Below, one piece after another: positions 1-15,259 of a stretch of 64,000 nucleotides of DNA; positions within the stretch are counted from its first letter, which is position 1, and every line of letters starts with the position of its first letter. The stretch comes from Amoebidium appalachense. Lineage: Eukaryota > Protista > Ichthyosporea. The translations under genes and the position numbers were made by a program. Under the pieces are notes generated by a model that was not told the origin of the DNA, searched no databases, and saw only the letters and a list, made by a program, of their open reading frames with translations. The stretch covers positions 9,111,962 through 9,175,961 of the forward strand of contig CAVNZM010000007.1 of NCBI GenBank assembly GCA_963693365.1. Direction: 5' to 3'.

Positions 1-457
1 AAATGCATACATATTTATTCAAAAATCGAGATTACGGCTGTAAATTATTTATTTTGCCTAAAATTGTAGACCATCAATATTGTTGACCCATGACGCCTAA
101 TCCGACTCCGAGTCCGACTTTTGCGCCAAGTGTGCTGATTGGTGACTCACGCATCGCCTAATATCATAATGTTGCCGCCCCTAGTGTGGCTCACAACGTT
201 CCAGTCTCGCGCCGAGACCGGCAGGCTGCGGCAGAACGAAACTGACTCAGGCCTATGAACTTCACCGATAGAACTTGTACATATATGAAAGCCTTACGGG
301 TTACCAGCTATGAAGTCATAGATAGGAAGCCTCGTGATATATGTTTATTCTACTTGTGCTGTAGGTTTTCAGACAGTGATATGCATGGTGCACGTTGATG
401 CTACCGCTTGCTGGTTGAGAGCGGCGCCTTTGGGCGCCATTTTTTTGTTGTTGAAGA

Positions 458-3400
458 ATGCTGCGAGCGCTTTATAGAACAGCTCGGCGGCTGGGCCCAC
501 GTACACAGTGGGTTGTGCCTCAAACTGCAGCCCGACCAGTATTACCGACACAGAACCTGCGAATGAAGAGGAAAATAACAGTTCTGGATAAGCCACAGCA
601 GAACGCCAAGCCCTTCCCCTTTTCTTACTTCCAGAAACAACGTAAGGATTGTTTGCTCCCCCCCCCCCCCCCCCCCCCCCCCTTTCTTTCAAGCAAGTGC
701 ATTACAAGCGTTTACATCTCTCTCTGCGCTTTCTCCCCCCCCCCCCCCCCCCCCCTCCAACCCTCCATCCCCCGTCTGCCTCTCTTCTCTCTTCTCTCTC
801 TCTCTCTCTCACTCATTCTCTCTCTCTCTCTCTCCTCCCCCCCCCCCCCTCTCTTTCTCTCTCTCTTCCTTCCCCCCCCCCCCCCCTCTCTCTCTCTCTC
901 TCTGTCTCTCTCCCCCCCCCCCTCTCTCTCTCTGCTTCTCTCTCTCTCTCTCTTCACCCCCCCCCCCCCCCCTTCTTCTCTGTCTCCCTCCCTCCCTCCC
1001 TCCCTCCCTCTCTCTGTCTACCCTTCTCTTGGTCTCTCTCTCTCATTCTGCCTCTTCTCCCTCCCTTCCTCACTCACTCACTCCCTCTCTCCCCCCTCTC
1101 TCTTCCTTTCTTCTCCCACTCTGTCTCACTCTCTCTGCCCACTCGCTCTCTCTGCCTGCTCTATCTGCCCACCCTTCACCCAACTACCTACCCTCACTTC
1201 CACCCACGCTCTCGCACTCCCTCACTCTACCCCTCTCTTTCTCCGTGCGCCCCCGCCCTCGCGCCTTCCTCCCCGTCTCTCCACGGACAACTGCCTTTCC
1301 AAACCCTAACATCCATGTGTGTATATACTTCGTAGCTATTCCCTATCTTTGTTCTCACCGTCAGGCACACTGCTTGTTCCGGCATACTACACCTCACAGC
1401 ATTTTGACATCACCCTGCGGACGCGTGTACATCACCCCCCTTCCGCCCGGCTGTGTTGCCAACCCCATATGTGACCTTTCGTAACATCCTTTTCCATGTG
1501 TGCCCCTCCGCATATTCACAAGGTTAAACACATGCTTGCATGCACACGCACACACAGACACACACACACACACACACACACATACACACACACACACATG
1601 AACACACATATGCACACACACACGTCGCGCTCTATCCCCCTCTTGTCTCCCAACTTCTTCTCGACTCTCATCCCATTCCCTTTTATCATCCCCCTCTTAC
1701 GCTCATATGCCCCTTTCCCCCTTAAGACCACCCTTGCTCGTATAGCCGACTTTTTTTGCCTCGTGCCATACCTGCCGCTTGGTCCACTGAACCCTTAAAG
1801 TTTCATCAGTAAATGTCTTCCTCGTTCTATCACTACCTCCTGACCATATTTGGTAACACCCTTCCCTCTCTGCTCGCCTATTCCCCGCCTTTGTCTTGAC
1901 GACGTTAAGTTATTGCCTTTTCCTTGTTCACTGCCTCTTTCCACCACTCACATACTCATATACCCACTTACCCCCCCCCCCCCCCCCCCCCTTCCACTAC
2001 CTCCCCCCCTTCCCCCCTCTCCTCCCCCAAAACCGCTTGCTGCTTCCCCCCTACCCCTTCCTTCCCAAATTTGCAGCCCCCTCATTCATTGTCCCTCTAC
2101 TGGACGTCTAGACACACAGCGAGACTCATTGCACAACCTGTTTCTCTCACTAAGGTCTTCCATCACTTTTTCGCCTAATGAATATCCCGTGTGATGAACT
2201 CTCCTCATCGATCGTCCTTAACACTCCCAAGTCTTTCCATGCCTGGGTCTTCCTCACGCCCATCCCTCTCTTTGTCCTGCCCTCCCCCCTCTGTTTTTGC
2301 TCTCATCCCCCCCCCCCTCCCCCCCCCCCCCCCCCCCCTCCCTCCCCCCTCCCGCCCCAGCCATCCCACCCTACCACCTAATGCCAAATGCATTCCATTG
2401 CCCACCTTTTCATCTGTACTAGCTCTAGTTTACTTGTCTGCCCAATCCTACCCCCCCCCCCCCTCCCTCCCTCCCCCCTTCCCCCCCCAGCAGCCAACAC
2501 TCCTCCCCCCCCCCCCTCCCCCCCACCCCACCACCTTATCCCTGCTGCAAGAGGTCTTTCCTAGGTCCTTCCTGCGAATAGCACCTATCCCTTTCTTTTC
2601 TGTTTCCTTTGCTTTTTTTCTTTCTTACTTTCTTTCTTTCTTCCTTTCTTTTTTTTGGTGTGTGTGTGTTGGGGGGGAGGGGAGGGGAGGGGGGGGCTGT
2701 GATGGAAGTGTTAGTGGTGTTATCGGAAGCATACCGTTTTTTTTTGTTTTTTTTGTTTTTTTTTTTGCTGTTGTTGTTTTGTTTTGTTTTTTGCACGTCT
2801 GTGGGGAAAGGGGGGAAGGGGGGTGGGGGGGGAGGTTGCAATCTCAATAGGACTAGCATAAGTGTACATCATTCCACCGGCTTTTCCCTCCCCTCGGCAC
2901 GCCTATGTTTGAATAATCAGATGTTCGTTTACACACTTTTGTCTGGAAAATGATGGCGGGTGGCAGTTGGGGTGGTGATAGTGTGTGTGTATGTGTGTGT
3001 GTTTGGGGGGAGGGGGGGGGGGGGGAGGGGGGGGGGGGTTGGAAGGGTTGATGTACGGACGTGGTGGGAAAGGGCAGGGGGGGAGGCAGGGTGGGGGGGG
3101 GGGGGGGGGAGGGGGAGGGAGGGGGGAGGTGGGGGAGGGGAGCAACCCAGGCTGATGTGGGTGTGGTGTCCACAGGAGAGGAGGCCAAGAGACCCATCTA
3201 CCAGCGTGAATGGTTCAAAGTGGCCGCACCTCTCTGTATGGCATTTGGCGCCTACTATTTTGCAAAGTTGGAAACTGTGCCTTATTCTGGTCTTTGAAAC
3301 CCTCCCTTCCCTTCCCCCTCCCCCTCCCCCCCCCCCCCCCCCCCCCCCCCTCCCCTCCCAATTCCTCGCTCCCCGGGGTCATGGGCTCTATCTATGGTGC

Positions 3401-3461
3401 AAACTTTTTGTTTGTACTCTTTTCCGCAAAATACACGGTGCTTGCATGTGTAATTAGCCCC

Positions 3462-3492
<31 letters not shown>

Positions 3493-3833
3493 ACCCCCAC
3501 CCCCACCCCACCATCACCCCACCCCACCACCACCACCACCACCCCACTTTTCCCTCCTTACACGGCTGCCAAGCACCAAATCAAAAGGAAGGAGGGGGGG
3601 GGGGGGGGGGGGGGGGGGGACGAAAAGAAGAGGAAAATACAGAACACCGAATGAAGGGAACTGGTGGTCATAGCAATAAGCAAGGTGGAAAACCAAGAAA
3701 ACATCCAACCAGTGATTTCGTTCGCAGAGAGAATGGACGCACACTGCTGGTCATGCAACCCCACCAGCAAAATCAGTTCTCATCAAACCTCTGCCTAGCA
3801 TGGCTGTATTTCTCCTTCTTAACCGAATAGCAT

Positions 3834-3865
<32 letters not shown>

Positions 3866-4697
3866 ACACCCACACCCACACACCCAACCACACCCACACC
3901 CACACACCCATCCACCCCCACCACCCCACCCACCCACCCACCCACCCACCCATCACCACCACCACCACCGCTTGGGTTCGTATTTAGGTGTGTTTTATAT
4001 TGCTCATTGTGTTTTGATATCAACCAAGACTCACTTACATGTTCAACACTTGGCTTCCAAATTAGGTCGCAGGCGTGCCCTGCTCCTGCCGAGCCGTATT
4101 GAGCGGTTTATTGCAGCCTTTCTCGATGAGTTACTGTTGAAACAGTATGCAAACGCAATGCTTCCAAATAACAGTGAAGTAAGATCCCTCCCCCCCCCCC
4201 CCCCCCCCCCCCCCTCCCCCCCCCCCCAGCATCTTCGGCTCATGCTGCACACACTCTGCATATCCAAATTGGGATTATTGTATGTGCTGCACTGTGTTAC
4301 ATGTTATTTGTGTTTGTATTTCTCAGAGTGCACCGGCATCCCCTTCCCCCTTCCCCCCCTGCACCACCCACCCAACCACACTAACACACACACGCACATG
4401 CATGCATGCATGCCATCACCAGGCATAAAGTCATCTATATCACCGTGAGCCACAACCCTCTTCGCCCTCAGCATCTGCTTGCTCCTCCCACATGCACTAC
4501 CTTTTGGATCGACGATTCCAATATCCTGAAGGTTGCTCGTTGAAATGGGTAGATTTGATGGGGTACCACTCTTGCGTCAACTGCCTTGTCTGTAGTGTGT
4601 ATGATGGTTGAAGTCTATGTTGTCTGAAACGGTATGTAGTATACCGTGGGTATGTGCACAACTCAACGGGAGGGGGGATAGGGGGAGGGGAGGGGAA

Positions 4698-4728
<31 letters not shown>

Positions 4729-6252
4729 AAAAAAAAGCTCTTCTACTATTTTTTGGGTCTGATGAGCTACGTTCGTAAATTCGTTTTCCCACCACTTACG
4801 TCATGTGTTTTTTTTTACAGGCGGTGGTTACGGTCAAGAGAATAGGTGACCGGCTCACAGCCAGTAATGGTCTCCCCCCACTGGAATACTTTGTGGTGGA
4901 TGATGCAAACATGAATGCATTCGTGTCTGGAGGTAGGCATACACACAAACACTCCCTATCCTCCCCCGTTATAGGCATCTGCGACTTCCCTCACCCCCCT
5001 TTTCCCTCTGTACACCTATCTAGTTCTCATTTTCTCTTTCCGTCCGTCCCATCCGTTCCTCCTTTCTTGTTGCTGGCCTTTGTCCTCCCCCCCCCCCCCC
5101 CCCCCCCCCCCCTTTTCGTTCGGTGTCTGTGTGAGGGGGGGGGGGGGGGGGGGGGGTAGGACGTCATGGTTTGCAGAAGGCGGTGGACGAAGCTAAGCGG
5201 CAAGACAACTGGTTGTACATTGGGGGCTAGAGGTGTAATAGTAGGTGTTATAGGGTCTTTGCTGGTTGGGTGTAGATCGTGTGAGGGCAAGGGTGTGTAA
5301 CTAAGTGCAGATTCCATCCTTTGCAGTTGGGCATTGGATTATGTGAGTGTGTGTGTGTGTAGGAAACATAGTTGTCAGGTCTAGGAATGGGCTGGGAAAC
5401 GAGAGATAGTTTCGGCACGATGGGTGGTGTGGGCAGGAGGGTGTGTATGATTGAGTTTTAGTTCGGTTAACCCTATACGTTTGTCGTCGGCATCTATCAC
5501 CTGATGCGGTTGTTATTAATGGCCGTTGGTGAATACGGCTACTATACATGCTACCATTCACGCTATGGATGCGATAATGCTGCTTAATATGACTTGGTTT
5601 TTTGTACACGTCTTCGTCTACAGTATTAGCACTTGTCTTTTCTCTTTTTTTAAGTACCTTTTTTCCTCAGGGGGCAAGGTGTTTGTCAACACGGGCCTAT
5701 TCCAGGTGCTGAGCAATGAGGACCAGCTTGCCGTTGTCATGAGCCACGAGATTGCTCACTATCTTGCTCGTATATCGCCCTGCCCCCTCCCCAACTTAAT
5801 CCCCCTTCTCACCTCCTCTTCCCCCCCCCCCCCCCCCCCTTTCCCCCCACCCCAAACCCATCATTCCCTCGCGTCCCCCTTCCACTCACTCCATTCCCAC
5901 CCACCTTCCCTCCGACCCCATCACACACGGATAACTTGTTGAAACATGATTTTGCAGCACCACCTTCTACACCCGGCACCCCACCATGTTCTACATGTTA
6001 ACACCAGTCGGGATGTGTGTACATTTGCATGCAAACATGTGTAAGCATGCATTGGATGGCTGCATGAAAATCGTTTGGTGTGTAGAGTGCACACACACAC
6101 AACCATGCACACACACAGCCACACATGCAGGCCTGCACACTCGCACTTAGGTATACTTGCAGGCACACCCGGACGCACATAAACTCCACGCCCAAACACG
6201 TAAGCACCCAGGTGCATACACATTTGAGCATGCACACACGCGTGCGCGCACA

Positions 6253-6350
<98 letters not shown>

Positions 6351-6799
6351 GATGTCCCCATAGCTCCATTATAGGTTCACACGTATGCATTGCACGCACA
6401 TGTTTCATGCTGCATTTGGTCACGTGCTCACACTGTGCACTACAGACCACATGTCTGAGAGTGTGCTGCTCAAGGGGGTGCTGTGGCTGGTGGCCGTGGT
6501 GCTGGATCCAGACTCCTGGTCTATCCCTGCAGTAATTGCCCCCCCCCCCCCCCCCCCCCTCCCCCCCCCTCCCCCCCCCCCCCCCCCCCCTTCCCCCCTT
6601 CCCCCTTTTCCTCCTTACCCTTGCTTGAAAGGAAGAGGGGTGGGGGGGGTGGGGGGGTGGGTTCAGCAATTTCCTTTGTGCCTGTACATTCCTCGTTGTG
6701 GCCTATGCTCCCATATTTCACCCTACCCAATGCCCTTCCCCGTGTGTTTCCATCAAATGTACCCATACACCTCCCTCCCTCCCCCTATCATATCCCATG

Positions 6800-6833
<34 letters not shown>

Positions 6834-7795
6834 TTCCCCCCTTGTCCCGGAGTCTTCCCACCTCGCCCCTCGCCCCCCCCCATCTTTTCCCCCCTCTACG
6901 CACCTCAACCTCGCCCACGCCTTCGTCGTGTTTCAGATCCTGTCTGCCCCCCCCTCCCCCCCCCTTGCGCCCCTCCCTCCCCTTTCGTCCCTCTCCCCCC
7001 CCTCCTCCCTTCCCTCTTACCCTCTATAAGCCACGCATCTCACACATTGCATTCTGCCTGTGCCCAGGTGATGAATCTTCTTGTTGAACTGCCCTACAGC
7101 AGGAAACGTGAGCTCGAGGCTGACTTCATCGGGTACTTACCCCCCCCCCCCCCCCCCCCCCCCCCCCGGGGCCTTCCCACACCACCACCATCCACCCACA
7201 CCCACACACACCCACACAACCACAACCATAATCACCACCAGCGCCTAGACACACGCGCGCGCGCCCGCGGGCACATACACACACACACACACACATGTAC
7301 ACACACACACACATACACACACACACACACACACACCGCACCTAGGGGCACCACAGATAAATACACACGTTCCCCAGGGCAGCAACACACAGAGCATTAA
7401 AACCGCAGAATACATAGTACGCTTGTAGTGTTACACCCGAACGTGCCTCTTGACTGCACGGTCTTTCTTAGAATCACATCTCTATGCAGAATTCCAGTTT
7501 CCTTCCAATTCCACTCCTTTTCTCACACATCCCCCCCTCCCCCCTCCCCCCCCCCTCCCCGTGTGTGTTCCCTTCCTTTCCCCCTTCACGTGTGTGTTTC
7601 CCACCATACGGTACCCATTTTTTCGTTTTGCCGAGTCATCATATTTCCTGGATGAAAGCTTGCGACCTATACATAGGCGAATGCTGTAAGATGACTTTGC
7701 GTGCCGGCACACCCTGGTGTGTGACTTCGTGTGTGCGCCTTTTGTGAGGGCTTTGGTGTGTGTTTAAGTGGGGGAGTTAGGGGATGGGTGGGGAG

Positions 7796-7892
<97 letters not shown>

Positions 7893-8837
7893 CGTGCGTG
7901 TGTGTGTGTGTCAGTGTGTCAGTGTGTGGAGAGAGAGAGAGGGGGGGGGGGGGGGGGGGTAAATTCCAACTGTGCTGGACTCTTGCCTCTAGCTGTCCCA
8001 GGCCCACTCCAGCTGACCAAGGGATCTTGCTTGCAACCTCAGGCTACTTCTGCTTGCAAATTCATGCTTCGATATTAACGAGCCACGGAATGTATGACCC
8101 CTCTCCCCCCCAACCCCAACTCCTCCCTCCGCCCCCTCCCATCCCCCCAACTCACCCGCCCACCCATCCACCGTCCTCCCTGTCCCACGAAACCTCAAAT
8201 GAGATCAACCATGTACGGAGACTTAGTACCACAGCTCACTTTTCAACGAACGGACACAGACATGCCGAGGCGTGTGCAAATCTTGCTTTAGGTAACTATG
8301 GTGGGGCGGCCTGTGGGGACTGTGGGTATTTTTTTAATTTATTTTTTTTGTTTTTTTTATTTTATTTTTTTTTTTGGGGGGGGGGGGAGGGGGGGGGGGC
8401 GGGGGGGCGGCTGTGTGTGTATGTGTGTGTGTGTGTGTGTGTTATGAGGGGAAGGAGGGGGGGGGGGGGGGGGGGGGGAATGGTAATTTGCCATGTGTTT
8501 CAAAAACCAGGTAACCACCGAGACACATGGGTTTTTCTTTTTAGGACAAAGCTCACTGTGCAACACCTCAGCGCATGTCATTTATCTGTCGCATGCCGTT
8601 GGAAACCTAACCCAGTGCCCCTTTCTTCCTCTTTCTCTTTCAGGTGTGGCGGCAATTGGGTGCAGCTGAAGGGTTGACTGAGTCGGGTCTTGAAAGTGAG
8701 TCTGTGGCTGAGCGGGCCATAGCCAAGTACTCATCCACACACCCATCACACAACGAGAGGGAGGAGAACTTCCGTGATGATGTGTGTATCCCCCCGTTTA
8801 TAACCACCTCTCTCTCACTCTCTCCTCCCCTCCCCCC

Positions 8838-8868
<31 letters not shown>

Positions 8869-9395
8869 ATGCGCCCCCCCCCCCCCCCCCTCCCCCCCCC
8901 CCCCCCCAAAAAAAAAAAAAAGGGAAAAAAGGGGAGGGAGGGTTGGGAGGGGGTTTGAGGGGCGGGGGAGGGGGAAGGGGTGCGAAAGAAAAAGAAAAAG
9001 AGAAAGCTTTCCGTCCACGTTCCTTTTGCTTTAGCTGATCTGTTTACCCCACCAATGCTGTTTGCTTCCCTGGACCCTGGATTTCGCAGGCGCTCCCTGC
9101 CCTCTCTTACCCAAAACTTTCCCAAAACTATTATGTCATGCAAAGCATCCCTTACGTCCCCCCCCCCCCCCCCCCCCCCCCCAACTTCCTGTCCCCGTGG
9201 GCTTTTTACAAATGTTCCCCTATGTCCTATCTATTGTACAACCACACGCAAGAGAAAGTGGAGCATGGTAAATGCTATACATCTTTAGTGTGTGTGCATA
9301 TGCCTGCTCGGTCTGGTGAGTTTGCAACCAAACTAAATCATTGGCCCATAGCCTTATGTTTTATCTCCCCACCTGAATGGTCCTTTCCTATAGTC

Positions 9396-9427
<32 letters not shown>

Positions 9428-9811
9428 CGGCGCCGCTGTGCGCAAAAATTGCATTATGTTGTCCGTTATTTATGTGTATGTTATACGTATTCTGTAACAC
9501 ATTCTAGTCCCCCCCCCCCCCCCCCCCCCCCCGGCTCCCTTTGGTTGGGCTATCTGACTTCGCTTCTGTGTTTGTGGCCGTATGGGCATGTCCTTGTGCG
9601 TACCTGTGTGTCTATTTGTATGTGCGGATACGGGCGTGGGCATGTTCACAAATTCCTTCTCACGCCTATTCTTCAATCTATGGTTTTTGTTGTTTACATC
9701 TGTGCCTGTAGGTACTAATTGGGGTGATATCTGCAGGGCCCATGGATGGCTGAGGCCCGAAAAGCATATCATCAGCACTGCGTGCAGATGAAGGAATTTA
9801 TGGAAGTTCAG
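458..9811 (+). CDS. OMA1: M48-family zinc metalloendopeptidase, OMA1-like (multi-exon)
   Basis: Phase-compatible GT..AG exons: 458-641, 1365-~1424 (less certain), 3176-3289, 4066-4178, 4821-4932, 5671-5769, 6446-6531, 7068-7132, 8043-8091, 8644-8781, 9737-9811. The spliced product contains LETVPYSGRRR, NAFVSGGGKVFVNTGL, the zinc motif HEIAH, YSRKRELEADFIG, LLLLANSCFD and STHPS, all typical of Oma1/M48. The Arg-rich N-terminus resembles a mitochondrial presequence. Terminal exon uncertain (candidate 10961-10996, AFTGKIWHLRT*). Confidence 0.9.
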
Positions 9812-10221
9812 GTATTTGACACCTTCCCCCCCCCCCCCCCCCCCCCCCCCCGTCCCCCGGCACTGTGCCGGTTGCTACCTTGAGCGTTGCTTTTCGGCGC
9901 GCTCGGGTTGTCAGCACACAGCAGGCGTTGAGGATGGACGCAAATACAGAACCCACTCCATGCAGTGAAAGTTCTGTGTGAGAAACGGGCAACCCACATA
10001 CGCAGTTGCACCCTTTGTGCATGTCTAATATAAAATGGACTAGGCAACACATGGAGGGTGTTCTGATGGGATAATTAATTACAATGGGGAGAAAGCTCGG
10101 GATGCCTGGGTTTACACAACCCCTCCCCCCTCCCCCCCTCCCCCCTCACCCTCCCCCCCCCAGCGCCTCCTCTTCGAAGAAAACAGGCAAACAAGCTTGT
10201 GCGCGCACGCACACACACCAC

Positions 10222-10266
<45 letters not shown>

Positions 10267-10270
10267 ACGC

Positions 10271-10331
<61 letters not shown>

Positions 10332-11387
10332 TCACAACAGACAGACATACACATGCACATGCACATGCACCACAGACACAGACAAACAGCGAGGTCTGGA
10401 GGATAGTAAGCACTTACACACACGAACTTAATGAGCCCAGTTCGATTATGTCACCCAAAACATCGCGACATGTGTGGTATACCGTATGATCTTATATCAA
10501 AAAAATACTGTACACAAGTATAGATCGGAGTGGCTGATATGCTAACAATGGCTCCCCCACACTCCAGAGCAACCCGATACGATCCTTCATCGACAGGCAT
10601 CTAAGACGCATCCACTGACCACGACAACTGCCCATCAAGGAAGATTGTGAAAACCCATTACTTGGTGGCAGTGTGTTGGCCGTGCACACGGGATCCTGGT
10701 GCGCCGATTGATTTCACTATCGATATAACGGGTTTTCATTTTTGGTGGATCAGTGGAAATAATGGTAGCCGCCCTTGGATACCTTCTCTTTTAGACTGTG
10801 GGGGGTGGTTGAAAGGAGAAGGGGTGGGATTTTGTGTGTGTTTGTGTGTGTGTGTGCGTGTGTGTGGTGGTGGTGGTTGGGGGAGGGGGGGGGGGGGGGG
10901 GGGGAGGGGGGAGGGGGAGGGGCTTTTTTTGTTTGAATTTCAGTAGTATGTGATAGATAGGCCTTCACCGGGAAGATATGGCATCTTCGGACCTAATAAT
11001 ATGCATTCATTGGTGCTGCAATATTGACATCAATTTGATACATCTGCACCCAGTAACGAAATTGCTGGTTATGTGTATTTTTGTGAATAAGAGCATTTGG
11101 CAGCCTATATGAACCGAAATTCCGTAGGTAACTTCATACATTTTGAACTCGGCTGATCGTGACATGTGTGATTGCGGGGTGTTTGGACACTGTTACAGAT
11201 TGCCAGAGGCACAACAATGTTTCTTCTCAACCGTTGCATTTAGGGGCCCGGCAGCCCTGGACCAATGAATGTGTTCGACAAAGTACTACTCAAACACAAT
11301 GGCTGAGAGTTTAGGATTCAATCTGGTGCATGAGTATGATTTCATGCCTTCGATTGTTACCATAGTGTTTTTTTGAATTAGAATTGA

Positions 11388-11445
<58 letters not shown>

Positions 11446-11552
11446 AAAAAAAAAACGTCACAAAAAAAAGAAGAAGAAGAAAAAAAATAGTAAAAAACAC
11501 AGTTGTGGACACGGACACGTGCCCGTCCAGCACAGACTATGATATGTACACA

Positions 11553-11638
<86 letters not shown>

Positions 11639-11878
11639 TGCACACACACAGGTGCACACACACACACACTCACATACACACACAAACACGTACACACACA
11701 AACACACACAAACACAAGCAACACCATACACATGCGAACACAAGCAATGATCCCTTCCGGACACTGGCACACGCGTACTCGAACCCATGGGCCGCTTCTG
11801 AATCGATGCATGTTGTTTTCATTGTGCATAATTCACCTCCGAATTATTTTCTAGGATGATTATTGTGGTGATGAAGAG

Positions 11879-11899
11879 CGCCACGGATGTGGCTCCTCA

Positions 11900-11945
<46 letters not shown>

Positions 11946-12920
11946 CCCCCCCCCCCCCCCCCCCACCCCCTCCCTACTACCTCCCTCTTGATCCCCCCCC
12001 CCCCCCCCCCCCTCTGATTGGTCGCCCATGAGCCACATATGTGGCACATTCAAGCCGAACGAGCCACCAGAGTGGCCCGTTTCAGGCGACCCCCCCTACA
12101 GCTTAGTGGTCGAGAGTCGCGCGCGCTTTCTTGGTATGCCCAGTTAGCTGCCGAAGTTTCCTGCCTTTTTTGTCTTTGGACCAAGGTGATTGGTGTAATA
12201 AAAGAGGGTGCCAGCGCTTGCCAACCAACAAGGCCCTTACGTATCGTGTTTTTTCCGCCTTCCGGCTTCGTCTGTCGCCAAAACAAAATTGGCCCAGAAT
12301 CCCGCCGGAAGCGGGTGAACCCCTGGAAAACGCTACATAGTGAACTCGATGAAAACACAACATAAAGCCTTCAAACTTTGCCCCGGGCAAGCTACCACAC
12401 TCCTTTTTGCTTTCTAGTACTTGTTGAAGGGGCCCGCACCCCTTTGGGCAACCATATATAACAAAACCCAGAACTTGTCCGGAAAGCCCAGTTAGGCTCG
12501 ATTCCGGGCCGAATCTAGACCCTCATTTCCAGTGGAAGAGGGCGACCCTCTACAGAACGCTACACAGTGAACTCAACAAAAACACAACAAAAAGCCTTGA
12601 AATTTTGTGACTGGCATGCCAACACTATTTTCTTTGTTTGCTACTAATTACTCTATGGTGTAGCACACCGTGGGGAGACGATACTTGGCACGTAGCCAGA
12701 AATTTGTCCAGAAAATCCAGTTTTTCGCTGGCAGCGCCAAGTTCGCAGCGCAGTATGCAGCAGTTATCAGAAACAAACTTTCGTGTTCTTGGTGTCCGTG
12801 TGACCGTTGGGTTGTCATGAACGTCGGCGTGCAGTTTTTTCCCCGGGTTTCGTACTTTTACCACTACATGTATAAGGATCGTGCGCAACATGGTCGAACG
12901 AGCCACATAAGTGGCTCGAT
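11879..12920. repeat. Cluster of GAGCCAC-N4-GTGGC(TC) palindromes flanking a degenerate ~227-bp direct repeat; possible DNA transposon relic
   Basis: Imperfect palindromes at ~11879, 12030 and 12061, and a perfect CGAGCCACATAAGTGGCTCG at 12899-12918. The motif AACGCTACAyAGTGAACTC..AAACACAACA.AAAGCCTT recurs at 12329 and 12556. Confidence 0.4.
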
Positions 12921-13035
12921 CTTGCCGGCGGCTTATCACCCCTCTCTCTCTTCCTCTCTCTTTCCCCCCTCCCTCTCTCTCCCCCTCTCTCCCTCTCTTT
13001 CTCCCCCCCCCCCCCCCCCCCCCCCCCCCCACCCA

Positions 13036-13144
<109 letters not shown>

Positions 13145-13307
13145 GTCTCTCTTTCTTGATCTTTCTCTCTCCTATCTCTAGATCTCTCTGGATCTTTCTC
13201 TCTCTCCCTCTCTCCGGAGTTAGCCAGATCTCCTCCCTCTCCCGGCACTCCCCCCCCCCCCCCCCCCCCCCCCTCCCCCCCCTCCCGCCCTCTCTCTCTC
13301 CCTCTGT

Positions 13308-13378
<71 letters not shown>

Positions 13379-13429
13379 CTCTCTCGCTCTCTCCCCCCCC
13401 CCCCCCCCCCCTCTCTCTGTCTCTCTCTA

Positions 13430-13475
<46 letters not shown>

Positions 13476-13476
13476 C

Positions 13477-13568
<92 letters not shown>

Positions 13569-13685
13569 ATCTCTCTCTCTCTCTCTCAGAGAGTTTCTCT
13601 CTCTATTCCCCCTTCCCCCTTCTCTCTCACTCTCCCTCTTTCTCTCTCCCTCTCCCTCTCTCTCTCCCCCTCCCTCCTCTCTCCC

Positions 13686-13720
<35 letters not shown>

Positions 13721-13729
13721 CCCTCTAGA

Positions 13730-13808
<79 letters not shown>

Positions 13809-15224
13809 CTCTCTCTCCATCTGCCCCCCGCCCCCTCGGTCCCCCCCCCCCTTCTCTTTTCTCTCTCTCTTCTCTCTCTCTCCCTCTTTCGTCTCATTCT
13901 AATGATGCCCGGATTCGAATGTGCACGTTCAGGCAGAGACGGGGTCGCGTCGGTTTGCATGTCAACCAATGGAACAGTGTCCTTCAACTCGATAAATGAT
14001 TGGCTGGAACGATTTTGCCGCTTGCAACAAGCAAGCTTATTGGTGTACAGCTCGAATGGAATTCATGGAGAATTAAAACTCTATCACAACAAATAAGTCC
14101 AACCAATCACAAAGGTGTTTAGGATAATTGCTCCTCCTTTCCCGGACTGCCACTGCCAGTTGAGATTTTTACAAGTGAGAAGGAATGCATTCACGTAGAC
14201 ACGGCCCAAGTTCCTTCAATCAGAGTAAATACTACTGACGTTTTAGATAAGAGATGAATCTGTCGTAATTTAGGCTATTAAAAAGAGAAATCCAGCGTGA
14301 GCACAATTATTTGTCAAAGGCTTCTCGGACCCGTCTGGCTATGCATACCACGACGATAAACATGCGTTCCAGACATGAGAAGAGTTCATGCCAGTGATCG
14401 CGCGCGCGAGTCCCGGGGTTCCGGGAAACCCGAGCTCGGGGTCGGCATATGCTGAGCAGCACACGTGACACGTGTGTGTATATGTGTGTGTATATGTGTG
14501 TGTTCTCATGTATGTGCGTATGTGTATGTGTGTTCATGTGTGTGTGTGTGTGTTTGTGCGTGTGTGTGTGTATTTGTGCGCCCGTGTGTGCGTGTGGACG
14601 GTGCACTGTGCGTGTGTGTGTGTGTGTGACATGGCCATGCATTTTCAACAGTCAACATATGTGCCTGCGTGCGTATGTCTTCGTGTGTGCTGTACATGTC
14701 ACACTACGTACGTGTGTGCGTATACGTGTGTGTCCATTATCCTGTGTTCCACGGTAGGGCCTACATGAGTTTCTTGTCTTCAAGCGTGTGCATGCGCCAC
14801 GCCGGTTGCTTGCACATGTGCTCGTGTGACACTGCGGATGTGTGTGTCATGATCACCCTGTGTCACCTTATATTTGCAATCCGATGCTGCAGGAGGTGGT
14901 GGATGATCTGCCATAGGCAAGCCTGGGTAATGAACCAAGTAACCGGGGCTTCAAACTCCAAAGTTCCAATGAAGAGCACACGCGTATGTTATGTACAACT
15001 AACATTACATATCGGTTATTGTACCACGTACTGGCATGGTGGCTCAATATCATAATCAAAGACAACTTATGACAGTGATGGCATGGAGCTTCAAGTCTGA
15101 GTCAGAGCGCAACCAGTGATTCTGTCTGGGGCTATCGGCTGGCAAAGTGACACAGCCAGGAACCACGGCAACTGTCCGAGTCACATCGCCTTGCCCTCCC
15201 CCCCCCCCCCCCCCCCCCCCCCCC

Positions 15225-15259
<35 letters not shown>

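Noticed and set aside
14890-15180. Possible exon remnants (e.g. MAWSFKSESERNQ*FCLGL)
   Set aside because: In-frame stops and no consistent multi-exon model.
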